A DNA stretch of 64,000 nt, from contig CBDHFN010000003.1 in NCBI GenBank assembly GCA_965262605.1, forward strand, positions 1,105,416 through 1,169,415. Direction: 5' to 3'. This DNA is from Alphaproteobacteria bacterium. Its GTDB lineage: Bacteria; Pseudomonadota; Alphaproteobacteria; JASGCL01. A model generated the notes under the pieces. That model was not told the DNA's origin. It was given only the letters and a program-made list of their open reading frames with translations, and made no database searches. Shown here one piece after another: positions 39,302-49,645 of this stretch. Positions within the stretch are counted from its first letter, which is position 1; the number at the start of each line of letters is the position of its first letter. A program made the translations under genes and the position numbers.

Positions 39302-39427
39302 ATTTTGGGGGTTTTTATTATAATTTTAAAAAAATCAGGGAATCATGAAGTTTTTCATAAAAACAATTTGAATTTGCAAAAAAATTCTGATAAAGTTGAT
39401 GTTATTATTGGAAATTAGGAAAAAATT

Positions 39428-39898
39428 ATGCAAAAATATCCGGTTACCCGCCGTGGTTATGAAGCCATGTTGGCTGAAATGAAACAACTTAAATCGCACG
39501 ACAGACCCGCGGTAATACAAGCGATTGCAACCGCGCGCGAACATGGCGATTTGTCAGAAAATGCCGAATATTCTGCGGCACGGGAAAAGCAAAGCTTTAT
39601 TGAAGGGCGAATCGCCGAATTAGAAGATAAAATAAGCCGTGCCGAGATAGTTGACCCAGAAAAATTATCGGGAAATACCGTGCAATTTGGCGCGACCTTA
39701 AAATTAGCCGACCAAGACGACAAAGAGGTAATATATCAATTAGTTGGCGAAATTGAAGCCGATATTAGCAAAGGTAGATTATCGGTATCTTCACCGCTTG
39801 GACGGGCATTATTGGGCAAGAAAAAAGGGGCAAATTTCACTTTTTCAACACCCGGTGGCGCGAAAGATTACGAAATTTTAGAAATATCATATAAATAA
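39428..39898 (+). CDS. greA: transcription elongation factor GreA
   Basis: 156 aa with a GreA coiled-coil N-domain and FKBP-like C-domain. Confidence 0.9.
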   Translation: MQKYPVTRRGYEAMLAEMKQLKSHDRPAVIQAIATAREHGDLSENAEYSAAREKQSFIEGRIAELEDKISRAEIVDPEKLSGNTVQFGATLKLADQDDKEVIYQLVGEIEADISKGRLSVSSPLGRALLGKKKGANFTFSTPGGAKDYEILEISYK

Positions 39899-39918
39899 TT
39901 AAAAAACTAAGGAATATA

Positions 39919-42231
39919 ATGGCGAACACAAAATTTGGAATCGGGCAATCACTTACCCCAGTTGAAAATACCAATTTAGTGCAAGGCAAGGGAATTTATA
40001 CCGAAGATTTTAACTGCCCAAATGCCTTACATTTATTTGTTTTTCGGGCGAATATTGCCCATGGTATCATTAAAAAATGTGATGTTTCAATGGCGGAGCA
40101 AGCCGATGGCGTGCGCTTAATTATCACGCCAGAATTGCTTAAATCCCATAAAATCAAGGATATTCCTTGCGAAACGCCCGTAAGAAATATTGATGATTCC
40201 CAGCATATTATGATTCATCACCCGATTTTAGCGAAAAATTTCATCAAACATACGGGCGAAGCCATCGTTGGCATTATTGCCGATTCGCTCAATCAAGCGC
40301 GCGATGCCGCTGAATTAATCGTCTTAGAAGTTGACGAACTGCCCGCGCTTGCGACAATTTATCAAGCCATCGCCAAAGATGCGCCGTCAATTTGGCAAGA
40401 ATGCCCTGATAATATTAATTTTACTTGGGGGCGTGGTAATGGCGCAAGCACTGATGCGGCGATAAATTCCGCCGATAAAGTTTTGGAATTCGCAATTGTT
40501 AATAACCGAGTTTCGGCAAATCCCATGGAAAATCGCAATTGTCTTGCTTTTTTTGACGAAGATAATAAGCTTACCCTGCATGTGCCATCGCAAGGCGTGC
40601 ACCGATTACACCGAAGCATCGCCGAATTAATGCACCTAAATATTCAAGAATTTCGCGTGATAACGGGTGATGTTGGTGGTGGCTTTGGTATGAAAATTTT
40701 TGTTTATGGCGAATATATTTTAGCCTTATTGGCAAGCAAATTATTAAATAAACCGATAAGATGGGTAGCGACAAGGGGCGAATCCCATTTATCTGATGCC
40801 CATGGGCGCGATCATTTAACAAAAATTAAAGTTGCGCTTGATAAAAACAAGCAAATTATTGCCATGCGCGCCGATACTTACGCGAATATGGGCGCGTATT
40901 TAAGCACTTTTGCGCCGTATATTCCCACAGATTGCGGTTCGTTAATGTTGGGCTTATTATATGATATTCCCAATATTTACGCCCAAGTGCAAGGCGTTTT
41001 TACTAATTCCGTGCCTGTTGATGCTTATCGCGGTGCCGGTCGCCCCGAGGCTTGCTACGCCACTGACAGGGCAATGGAATTAACTGCCCGCGCCATTGGC
41101 GAAGACCCCATTAAATTTCGCTTGCGCCATTTGATTAAGGGCGATAAAATCCCCATGACTAATCCGATGCGCAATTATTATGATTCGGGAAATTTCCCTG
41201 AAACTTATCAAAAAGGCTTAGATTTAGCGGATATTGCTAATTTTGAAACCCGCAAACAAGCATCGCTTAAAAATAATAAATACCGCGGAATTGGCGTTTG
41301 TTATTATTCGGAATCTTGCGGGGCGGGTGGGGGCGAATCGGCGAAAATTGTGCCGCAACAAGATGGTTCGGTGCATTTAATGATTGGTTCGCAAAATAAT
41401 GGGCAAGGGCATAACACGACTTTTACGCAAATTATCAGCACGCTTTTGCAAATCCCTAATGATAAAATTTTGATTATTCAAGGCGATACAAATTCGGTTG
41501 CAACAGGTAATGGCACGGGGGGGTCGCGCATGTCTTCCGAAGCGGGTTCGGCAACGAAGAAAGCATCAGAAGATTTAATTACAAATGCTAAAAAATTTAT
41601 GGGTAATGAACTTAATATTAATGATATTGACATTAATTACCAAGATGGTATTTTTACCGCGCCTGCAACAAATATTTCATGGGATTTAGGCGAATTAACC
41701 CAAAAAGCCATGGATAAAAATATCACGATTCAAGGCGAAGGGCAATTTAAAGGCATAAGCAAAACTTTCCCCAATGGCATTCATATTTGCGAAGTTGAAG
41801 TTGATAAAGACACGGGCGAAATTGCGGTTATTTCCTATATAATTCACGATGATTTTGGCAATGTGATTAACCCCATCACGCTTGAAGCCCAAGTGCATGG
41901 CGGTGTCGCCCAAGGCTTAGGGCAAGCTTTAATGGAACAAATTATTTATGATGAAAATGGGCAATTATTGACGGCTTCGTTCATGGATTACGCGATTCCC
42001 CGCGCCGACCAAATGCCGCAAATGACATTTCATTATACCACGAAATATCCCACGAAAAATAATATTTTAGGCGTCAAAGGTGCAGGCGAAGCAGGGGCGA
42101 TTGCTGCGCCATCGGCGATTGTGAATGCCGTTGAAAATGCAATTTTTGCCGATAAGAAATTTGATAATTTGCCAGTATTGCAAATGCCATTAACCAGTGA
42201 ATCTGTCTGGCGCGCAATGAAGTTTGGTTGA
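39919..42231 (+). CDS. xanthine dehydrogenase-family molybdopterin-binding large subunit, form-II CoxL-like
   Basis: 770 aa; a/b-hammerhead plus MoCo domains; active-site loop AYRGAGR (41023-41043). No FeS or FAD subunit genes adjacent. Confidence 0.8.
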   Translation: MANTKFGIGQSLTPVENTNLVQGKGIYTEDFNCPNALHLFVFRANIAHGIIKKCDVSMAEQADGVRLIITPELLKSHKIKDIPCETPVRNIDDSQHIMIHHPILAKNFIKHTGEAIVGIIADSLNQARDAAELIVLEVDELPALATIYQAIAKDAPSIWQECPDNINFTWGRGNGASTDAAINSADKVLEFAIVNNRVSANPMENRNCLAFFDEDNKLTLHVPSQGVHRLHRSIAELMHLNIQEFRVITGDVGGGFGMKIFVYGEYILALLASKLLNKPIRWVATRGESHLSDAHGRDHLTKIKVALDKNKQIIAMRADTYANMGAYLSTFAPYIPTDCGSLMLGLLYDIPNIYAQVQGVFTNSVPVDAYRGAGRPEACYATDRAMELTARAIGEDPIKFRLRHLIKGDKIPMTNPMRNYYDSGNFPETYQKGLDLADIANFETRKQASLKNNKYRGIGVCYYSESCGAGGGESAKIVPQQDGSVHLMIGSQNNGQGHNTTFTQIISTLLQIPNDKILIIQGDTNSVATGNGTGGSRMSSEAGSATKKASEDLITNAKKFMGNELNINDIDINYQDGIFTAPATNISWDLGELTQKAMDKNITIQGEGQFKGISKTFPNGIHICEVEVDKDTGEIAVISYIIHDDFGNVINPITLEAQVHGGVAQGLGQALMEQIIYDENGQLLTASFMDYAIPRADQMPQMTFHYTTKYPTKNNILGVKGAGEAGAIAAPSAIVNAVENAIFADKKFDNLPVLQMPLTSESVWRAMKFG

Positions 42232-43032
42232 TTGCAAATGAGCTTGCCATTTAATCATAGCCTTGCCATTGCTTTAAGACCCGTATTAAGAGAGGCAAGC
42301 AAAGCCATAATGAATCATTATCAAGCGGCAAAAATTTGGTATGAAACTAAACCAGACGGCAGTTTAATTACCAAGGCGGATACTGATTCCAATGAAATTT
42401 TAATTAATCGCATCAGCGGCTTATTCCCCGATATTCCGATAGTAAGCGAAGAGAATTTTCAACCTAAAAAATACCCGCTTAGCAAAGAAAAAGCGCAAAA
42501 CGGCTATTTTTTAATTGACCCCTTAGATGGCACGCAAGGTTTTTTGCAAAAAAATGGACAATTTGCGATAAATATTGCGCTAATATATCAAAATACCCCT
42601 GTTTTTGGCTATATTTGGTCGCCAACTTCGGATAAAGGCTATTTCGGTGCCAAGGATTTTGGCGCATATATCGCCGATGGTGCGTTTTATACGAATTTAA
42701 TTACCCCAAAGAAAAATCATTTTGGACCCTGTAATTTAATCATTTCATCGCATGAAAATAATATTGAGCGCATAAAATTATTGGTTAAAACCAAGGAAAA
42801 ACGGGAAATTTCTAAAATTACCCAATATAGCAGTTCCTTAAAATTCGGCATGTTATGCGAAGGAATCGCCGATATTTACCCTAGAATGCAAGGTTGTTCG
42901 GAATGGGATATTGCGGCGGGACATGCGATTATTTTAGGCGCATTGGGCAAAATGACTAATTTAATTGACGATTCGCCCATTATTTATGGACGCCCAGATG
43001 CACGGGTAAGCCCGTTTATTTGTGTTATTTAG
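42232..43032 (+). CDS. cysQ: 3'(2'),5'-bisphosphate nucleotidase / inositol monophosphatase family (CysQ-like)
   Basis: Motifs DPLDGT and WDIAAG. Confidence 0.7.
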   Translation: MQMSLPFNHSLAIALRPVLREASKAIMNHYQAAKIWYETKPDGSLITKADTDSNEILINRISGLFPDIPIVSEENFQPKKYPLSKEKAQNGYFLIDPLDGTQGFLQKNGQFAINIALIYQNTPVFGYIWSPTSDKGYFGAKDFGAYIADGAFYTNLITPKKNHFGPCNLIISSHENNIERIKLLVKTKEKREISKITQYSSSLKFGMLCEGIADIYPRMQGCSEWDIAAGHAIILGALGKMTNLIDDSPIIYGRPDARVSPFICVI

Positions 43033-43081
43033 CGATTTAATAACCAAATTTAAAATACCGCAAATGGGGGTAAATGATGAT

Positions 43082-43861
43082 TTATTGCGCCGTCCAACCA
43101 CCATCAACGGGCAATGAAATTCCCGTGATGCTGGAACTTGCAACCCCTAAAAAAACTAATATCGCATTACCGATATGTTCAGAAGGAATCGCGCGTTTAT
43201 TTGGTTGTTTTTGCAAAAACATTTCTTCCAGCGCATCCGCAACCGAAATAGATTTTTCCCGTGCGCGGTCATTAATTTGCTTTTCCACCAACGGAGTCAT
43301 AACCACGCCCGGACAAATCGCATTGCAAGTAATATTTTGCTTGGCATTTTCCAAAGCCGTTGCCTTGGTCAAGCCGATAATGCCGTGTTTGGCGGCAATA
43401 TAAGCCGATTTATCAGGCGAAGCAACTAACCCATGCACCGAAGCCACATTAATAATCCGTCCAAAATTATTTTTTTGCATTGATGGCAAAATCGCTTTTG
43501 TCGCATGAAAAGCTGCCGATAAATTTATCGCAATCACCCAATCCCATTTATTTTCTGGAAATTCTTCAATGCGGTTAACATGTTGCACGCCCGCATTATT
43601 GATTAAAATATCAATTTTACCGAATTTAGCTAAGGAACTTGCAACCATATCTTGAATTTCATGCGGTTTTGTCATGTCGGCACCGTGATAAATCGCTTTG
43701 ATTTTATATTGTTTTTCAAGTGATTGGCGAATTTTCTCAATTTCTTCGCTGTTGCCTAAGCCATTTAAAACTAAATTTACGCCGTGCGAAGCCAAAACTT
43801 GCGCCATGGCTAAACCAATACCGCTTGTTGAACCTGTAATTATTGCATTTTGATTTTTCAT
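43082..43861 (-). CDS. bdhA: 3-hydroxybutyrate dehydrogenase (SDR family)
   Basis: TGSTSGIG Rossmann motif and the YxxxK catalytic pair; overall pattern matches BdhA. Confidence 0.75.
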   Translation of the reverse strand: MKNQNAIITGSTSGIGLAMAQVLASHGVNLVLNGLGNSEEIEKIRQSLEKQYKIKAIYHGADMTKPHEIQDMVASSLAKFGKIDILINNAGVQHVNRIEEFPENKWDWVIAINLSAAFHATKAILPSMQKNNFGRIINVASVHGLVASPDKSAYIAAKHGIIGLTKATALENAKQNITCNAICPGVVMTPLVEKQINDRAREKSISVADALEEMFLQKQPNKRAIPSEHIGNAILVFLGVASSSITGISLPVDGGWTAQ

Positions 43862-44000
43862 TATTATACCTTTGTTGTTATCTCGCTATTATACAATACA
43901 CCAAGATAAACTTCAAGCGGTTTGAATCATGGTATAGAATAAAAAAAAATTATGCAATCGCCCCTAATTAAAGCTTGATTATAATAAGAATCTGATTAAA

Positions 44001-44324
44001 ATGTTAATTATGGCGATGGAACAAAATAAATTTTCAACAAATTCGCAAGTATTGGAACGCACCAAACTTGATAAACCGCCTTTATACCAAGTTTTTTTAC
44101 TTAATGACGATTATACACCCATGGATTTTGTTGTGGAGGTATTAATTAGCGTATTTTTCAAAACACCCGAAGAAGCAACGAAAATCATGCTTAATGTCCA
44201 TGTAAGTGGCAAGGGATTATGCGGTAAATTCCCCAAAGAAATTGCGCAAATTAAGGTGAATCAAGTAATGTCAAGCGCACGGCAGAATCAGCATCCCTTG
44301 CAATGTATTTATGAAAAGGAATAA
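44001..44324 (+). CDS. clpS: ATP-dependent Clp protease adaptor ClpS
   Basis: Conserved ClpS core ([23 protein letters not shown]). Confidence 0.85.
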   Translation: MLIMAMEQNKFSTNSQVLERTKLDKPPLYQVFLLNDDYTPMDFVVEVLISVFFKTPEEATKIMLNVHVSGKGLCGKFPKEIAQIKVNQVMSSARQNQHPLQCIYEKE

Positions 44325-44325
44325 C

Positions 44326-45069
44326 ATGAGCGAAAAACCAAGAAAAATGATGACAAGAGCGCAAATTCATAAGCGCAATGCCCCGCAACAAAACCATGGT
44401 AATTCAAATGAAATATTGCAACAATTGCAAAAGATTTTTGGACAAAATTCAGGGCAGGGCGCAACGAATAATTCTTTGCCAAGCCCAATGCCCAAAACGA
44501 TGTTGGGGCATAATAACCCCCCCGAAGATTATAATTCGGATTTGCCCGAAACTATCAGCAATCTTTCGGTTTCATATGAATCGCGTGAAGATAGGCTTAT
44601 GCTAAGGGCGGGCACAACGCAATATCGCGAATTTCGTTATTGGATTACTTATCGTTTATATCGGTTGTTATTGGGTTTATTTAATCAAATTGAAGATGCG
44701 GGGCTTGACCCCAATATTCCCGAAGTATCCAAGCAAGCTGTGCGCGAATTTCAACGCGAAAGAAACCTGCAAGGCACGAATTTTAACGAAGAAATTGCCA
44801 AAGACCGCCCATATCTGCCGATTTTTGGCGAAAACCCGCTGTTAATTGATAAAATTGAAGCAAAAGTTAGCAAAAAAATCATTCAATTTGTCTTTACCAG
44901 TGATAAGCAAGTTACTTCGTTACCTTTGCCACGCGAAACGGCGATTGCCCTTCGCCATATGATGAATCAAGCGGCAAGTCGCGCCGAATGGGATAATCAA
45001 CCAATATATCAAAAATCTTCCAAAGATGAACCAGATAATACCAAACCAACCCCCGTGATATTAAATTAA
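44326..45069 (+). CDS. hypothetical protein occupying the position usually held by clpA
   Basis: RBS AAGGAA, ATG at 44326 directly after the clpS stop; Q/N/P-rich disordered N-half; no family recognised. Confidence 0.5.
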   Translation: MSEKPRKMMTRAQIHKRNAPQQNHGNSNEILQQLQKIFGQNSGQGATNNSLPSPMPKTMLGHNNPPEDYNSDLPETISNLSVSYESREDRLMLRAGTTQYREFRYWITYRLYRLLLGLFNQIEDAGLDPNIPEVSKQAVREFQRERNLQGTNFNEEIAKDRPYLPIFGENPLLIDKIEAKVSKKIIQFVFTSDKQVTSLPLPRETAIALRHMMNQAASRAEWDNQPIYQKSSKDEPDNTKPTPVILN

Positions 45070-45070
45070 C

Positions 45071-46207
45071 ATGAACCAAAAATCATTAGACGAATATTTA
45101 AGATTAGGGCAGATTTATTATGCCAAAGGGCATTATTTTGAAGCTTTAAACGAATTTGAAGGGGCATATCGCATCAACCCCGAAGATTGCGAAATTTTGG
45201 AATGGCGCGGGGAAATTGCGATAAGGCTTGATGATTATGACACTGCTGCGCAAGTATTAACCATGGCGCGCGATAATTTTTCGGAAAAATTTAATGATTG
45301 GTCGCAATTGGGTTTGGCTTTATATGAGTGCAGGCGCGCAACCGAAGCGGTATCGGCACTTACCCGTGCGATTGAACGGGACACCAATGATATTATTGCC
45401 CATGCAAATTTAGGGCGGGCATTGTATGAAATGTTTTTGAGCGAAGATAAAGACGAAGCCATCACTATCGCCAAAAAATGGATGCGGCAATTTCCCGAAA
45501 ATCCCGATGCTAAACATATGGGGGCGGCGATTGCGAACGAAGCATTACCTGATAGGGCGAATCCAGAATTTATTGGCGGGTTATTTGACGATTTTGCCGA
45601 AAATTTTGATTATAGCCTGTCGCAACTTGGCTATCAAGTGCCCAAGAAATTAATTAATCTTTTGCATCATCATATTAACCCAAAATCTGAAGGCTTAAAA
45701 ATTCTAGATTTAGGGTGCGGGACGGGGGCTTTGGGCGCAGAATTTGTTAAGCAATTTCCATTAAAGATTGATAAATTAATCGGCATTGACTTGTCGTATA
45801 AAATGCTGAACAAAGCCGAAAATCATGGAATTTATACGCAATTAATCCGCACGGATATAGTTGATTATTTAAATATTGAAAATCAATCATTTGATTTAAT
45901 TTTGGCGGGCGATGTTTTATGTTATTTTGGCTTATTGGATAATATTATGCCTGCGATTAAATACGCCCTGAAACCTTCGGGATTATTGGCTTTTTCTTTG
46001 GAATTATTGCCCCCAGCGGTTGGCATGTATCAATTACATGCTTCGGGACGATATAGGCATCAAGAAAATTATATTAATGCCTTGATGATTGCCCATAATA
46101 TGCCCCAAATTACCGAAGAAAAATGTATTTTGCGGTATGAATATCAACAACCAGTAAATGGTGTGGTGAAATTATGGCAAAAAACACAAATGGGGTTTAA
46201 TGTCTGA
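45071..46207 (+). CDS. TPR-repeat SAM-dependent methyltransferase (COG4976-like)
   Basis: N-terminal TPRs and a class-I MTase motif (ILDLGCGTG). Confidence 0.7.
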   Translation: MNQKSLDEYLRLGQIYYAKGHYFEALNEFEGAYRINPEDCEILEWRGEIAIRLDDYDTAAQVLTMARDNFSEKFNDWSQLGLALYECRRATEAVSALTRAIERDTNDIIAHANLGRALYEMFLSEDKDEAITIAKKWMRQFPENPDAKHMGAAIANEALPDRANPEFIGGLFDDFAENFDYSLSQLGYQVPKKLINLLHHHINPKSEGLKILDLGCGTGALGAEFVKQFPLKIDKLIGIDLSYKMLNKAENHGIYTQLIRTDIVDYLNIENQSFDLILAGDVLCYFGLLDNIMPAIKYALKPSGLLAFSLELLPPAVGMYQLHASGRYRHQENYINALMIAHNMPQITEEKCILRYEYQQPVNGVVKLWQKTQMGFNV

Positions 46208-47144
46208 TTTTCTTTTTGATAAAATTTGCTTGGTGGGGGTTGGTTTAATCGGCTCGTCCATTGGTCATGCAGTGCAAAAACATGGTGGTTTGGCGCGCGA
46301 AGTCATGGGATTGGAAATTAATCAAGATTTAGTTGGGCGCGCCTTAAAATCAGGGGCGGTTCATAAAGCGACTGATGATATTAAAACAGCATTGGACGGG
46401 GCAAATTGCATTATCTTATGCGTGCCCGTTGGCGCGATAGCTAGCGTATTGCAACGGCTTGCCGATTTTATGTCGCCCGATATGATTTTATCGGATGTTG
46501 GTTCGGTGAAAAAATCTGTCATGAAGGATATGCAGCAAATTGCCCCAAAATTTGTGCGCATAATTCCGTGTCATCCTTTGGCGGGCACGGAACATTCGGG
46601 TCCAGAATCGGGTTATGCAACTTTATTTGTGAACCGATATTGCATTATTACCCCGCCCGATAATGTTCATGAGAAATCTTTGGACAAGATGAAATTATTT
46701 TGGCAATCCATGGGGGCGATTGTTGAAACCATGTCCGCCGACCATCACGATAAAGTATTGGCAATTACTTCGCATTTGCCGCATTTAATCGCATATACAA
46801 TTGTTGGCACGGCATCAGAACTTGAAGATAGGCTTAAAAACGAAGGCTTAAAAGATGATTCGCAAATTCATAGCGGCGAAATTATTAAATATTCCGCCAC
46901 GGGCTTTCGTGATTTTACGCGTATAGCTGCTTCGGACCCGACAATGTGGCGTGATGTATTTTTAAATAATGGTCCCGCGGTGCTAGATTTTTTAGGAAGA
47001 TTGCAGGAGGATTTGGCATTAATGTCAAGGGCAATTCGCGATAAAGATGGCGAAAAGCTTTTTAATTGGTTTACGAAAACGCGGGCGATTCGCCGTTCAA
47101 TCACCGAAATGAAACAAGATTTTAAAGATGATGTTAAAAAATAA
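46200..47144 (+). CDS. tyrC: prephenate/arogenate (cyclohexadienyl) dehydrogenase
   Basis: TyrA-family Rossmann motif (CLVGVGLIGSS) and catalytic His region. Confidence 0.8.
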   Translation: MSDFLFDKICLVGVGLIGSSIGHAVQKHGGLAREVMGLEINQDLVGRALKSGAVHKATDDIKTALDGANCIILCVPVGAIASVLQRLADFMSPDMILSDVGSVKKSVMKDMQQIAPKFVRIIPCHPLAGTEHSGPESGYATLFVNRYCIITPPDNVHEKSLDKMKLFWQSMGAIVETMSADHHDKVLAITSHLPHLIAYTIVGTASELEDRLKNEGLKDDSQIHSGEIIKYSATGFRDFTRIAASDPTMWRDVFLNNGPAVLDFLGRLQEDLALMSRAIRDKDGEKLFNWFTKTRAIRRSITEMKQDFKDDVKK

Positions 47145-48198
47145 TCACCAAATTAAACCAATTTTTTCCAATGAATTTGTGAAATTTTCAATCATTGATT
47201 CAACGGGTTTGATTTTTTTAACATATAGCGCAAAATTAAATGTGCTAAATTATGATATGGTGATGGCGATATTAAGCCAGCTTAAAATCTGGCGTGATGA
47301 TACGGATATTACCCAAGTTATCATTAATGCCGAAGGGGATAAGGCGTTTTGTGCGGGCGGTGATATATCGCAAATTTACCACGCGTTTGGCAAAGAAATA
47401 AATTTTCCAAGATTTTATTTATATAATGAATATTTATTAAATACGATTATCAAGGAATATCCCAAACCGATTATTTCGCTGATGTTTGGTATAACCATGG
47501 GCGGTGGGGTTGGAATCGGCGGGCATTGTTCGCACCGCTTAGTTTTTGCGTCAAGTAAGGTTGCTATGCCAGAATGTAATATTGGTTTTATTCCCGATGT
47601 TGGCGGATCATATTTATTAAAATCTGCTCCAAATACCAGCGGAATATATTATGGCTTGACGGGCAGTATAATGAATCCTGCTGATGCAATTTATTGTGGG
47701 TTTGCCGATTATTATGCCGATGAAATGCCCCGCGAAGAAATTATCAAGCATGTCATTAAAGATGGCACAAATTATCTTGATAAGAATTTCCCCAAAAAAC
47801 TTGCCGACCAAGAAAATAATATATTGCAAGGCGAATTAATGGCGCATTTATTTAATCATGATGATTTGCAAATAATCATCGCCAAATGCCAAGCTGATTC
47901 CAGTGAAATTGCCAAACAAGCGTTGTGCGCTATGAATAAAAATTCGCATTTATCAAAAAATATCACGCTTAGGCACTTGCGCGATATTAAAAATGATAAT
48001 TTTCGGCAAGTTATTCGTAAAGAATACCGAATTGCAGAACGCCTCGGAAGGAATCTTGAATGCAAGGAAGGCATAAGGGCGCAAATTATTGATAAAGACC
48101 GCAACCCAAAATGGCACGGCACAATTAATGATAAATTTGATATAAATAGTTTTTTTGCGCCCCTTGATGATGAATTAAAATTTGAACTTATTTCTTAA
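47128..48198 (+). CDS. enoyl-CoA hydratase/isomerase family protein (3-hydroxyisobutyryl-CoA hydrolase-like)
   Basis: Crotonase-fold motif FCAGGDI and a HIBCH-like C-extension. Confidence 0.7.
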   Translation: MMLKNNHQIKPIFSNEFVKFSIIDSTGLIFLTYSAKLNVLNYDMVMAILSQLKIWRDDTDITQVIINAEGDKAFCAGGDISQIYHAFGKEINFPRFYLYNEYLLNTIIKEYPKPIISLMFGITMGGGVGIGGHCSHRLVFASSKVAMPECNIGFIPDVGGSYLLKSAPNTSGIYYGLTGSIMNPADAIYCGFADYYADEMPREEIIKHVIKDGTNYLDKNFPKKLADQENNILQGELMAHLFNHDDLQIIIAKCQADSSEIAKQALCAMNKNSHLSKNITLRHLRDIKNDNFRQVIRKEYRIAERLGRNLECKEGIRAQIIDKDRNPKWHGTINDKFDINSFFAPLDDELKFELIS

Positions 48199-48212
48199 AA
48201 TTTGGTTTATTC

Positions 48213-49613
48213 ATGCGGTTACAAGATTTTTTTGATAGTTTGCAATACAGAAATTATATTTTTTCTGAGATAATAATTAATGAAAAAATTGAAATATTTT
48301 ATGATTTATTGCCCGCATTGGAATTATTTGAATCGCAATCATATATTCGTGCATTTAACGAGTTTAATAAGCTTGAAAATCGTTCCAAACTTTATAATCG
48401 CATTAAATATTTTTATTTATTATTATGTAAATCGCAACTTATTATTAATGAAAATGAAATTAATAATATTGTCGCAAATTTTAATAAATTGCACCAAAAT
48501 TATGGCTGTATGGCTTCGTTATTTGAAATTGGGCAATTATTAGCGGCAAGTAATCCAGATGAAGCACTGAAATATTTCGCGTTATATTATGATAATAATT
48601 TAAACATGTTAAGAAATCTTGATTTTAGTGGCACATATCAGCAAACATTGGTTTTTATTGAATGTTATAGTAAATTTGTTGCAGAAAAACCTGATTTTAT
48701 TGACCCACAAAAAATTGGCATCAATGACATATCGGCACAAGAATCTCATTTTGATTTTAGTGATTATTTAATGTTTAACCCATACCCGCACGATAATAAA
48801 GTCGGCGATAGTTATATTTTGGCTTCGTTGTTAAAATATATTAAGGATAAATTCCAAAAGAAAATTATTGTTTTTACGCAAACGAATAAAATCCCAATAT
48901 TTAAATTTTATGATTATATTGATGCGGTTTTGCCGATGGAATCATATCAAAATATTGTATGGCAATTGCCAAAATCCAATAAATTCAAAATTGGGTCTGT
49001 GTTTCATTATCATTATGGATTCGCCCATATTTCCAATACGCCTTCGCCATATTTAAGTGATTTTTTAGCGCGAAAATTAGGCTTAAAAGATATTAACTTC
49101 GTTGCACCATATCAATCCAATTTGGCAATGAAAATTAATGCCTGTAAAATGCTTCATCAGCTTAATTTAACGAAGAATAAAACAATAATTTTTAATAAAT
49201 ATTCCAATACCATAAAGCTTAAAATATTGGGTGATGATTTTTGGATTAATCTTGCTATACAATGCCAAAATCTTGGTTATGAAGTGGTATTTAATGATTC
49301 GCAAGCTTTTCTTGATTTTAAAACTTGTTTTGTGCCATATCAATATTTAGCCGAATTTGCAGAGCTTTGCGGGTGTTTAATAACCGTGCGCACAGGAATT
49401 TGCGATATAATTGCCAATCAGAATCCTGATGGCAAGATGATTATTATCATGAATAATCAACAACAATTCCCAATGGGTTATTTTTCATTAAAATTAATGT
49501 ATAATAATCAAAATATTCTTGAATGCCATGAAAATAATATTGATGAATTGCATCAACAAATTTTTGAATATCTTGACAATAATTTCGCTTTGGGTAATAA
49601 GAAAAACACTTGA
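48213..49613 (+). CDS. hypothetical protein with a helical-repeat N-half and a GT9-like C-half (third paralog of the TPR-GT9 family)
   Basis: V-G-D-S motif (NKVGDSYILASLLKYI) aligned to the G[LF]GD motif of the ORFs at 11635-13191 and 54772-56094. Confidence 0.4.
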   Translation: MRLQDFFDSLQYRNYIFSEIIINEKIEIFYDLLPALELFESQSYIRAFNEFNKLENRSKLYNRIKYFYLLLCKSQLIINENEINNIVANFNKLHQNYGCMASLFEIGQLLAASNPDEALKYFALYYDNNLNMLRNLDFSGTYQQTLVFIECYSKFVAEKPDFIDPQKIGINDISAQESHFDFSDYLMFNPYPHDNKVGDSYILASLLKYIKDKFQKKIIVFTQTNKIPIFKFYDYIDAVLPMESYQNIVWQLPKSNKFKIGSVFHYHYGFAHISNTPSPYLSDFLARKLGLKDINFVAPYQSNLAMKINACKMLHQLNLTKNKTIIFNKYSNTIKLKILGDDFWINLAIQCQNLGYEVVFNDSQAFLDFKTCFVPYQYLAEFAELCGCLITVRTGICDIIANQNPDGKMIIIMNNQQQFPMGYFSLKLMYNNQNILECHENNIDELHQQIFEYLDNNFALGNKKNT

Positions 49614-49645
49614 TTATTGCGGGTAAATATCATAAAAGAGCAAAT

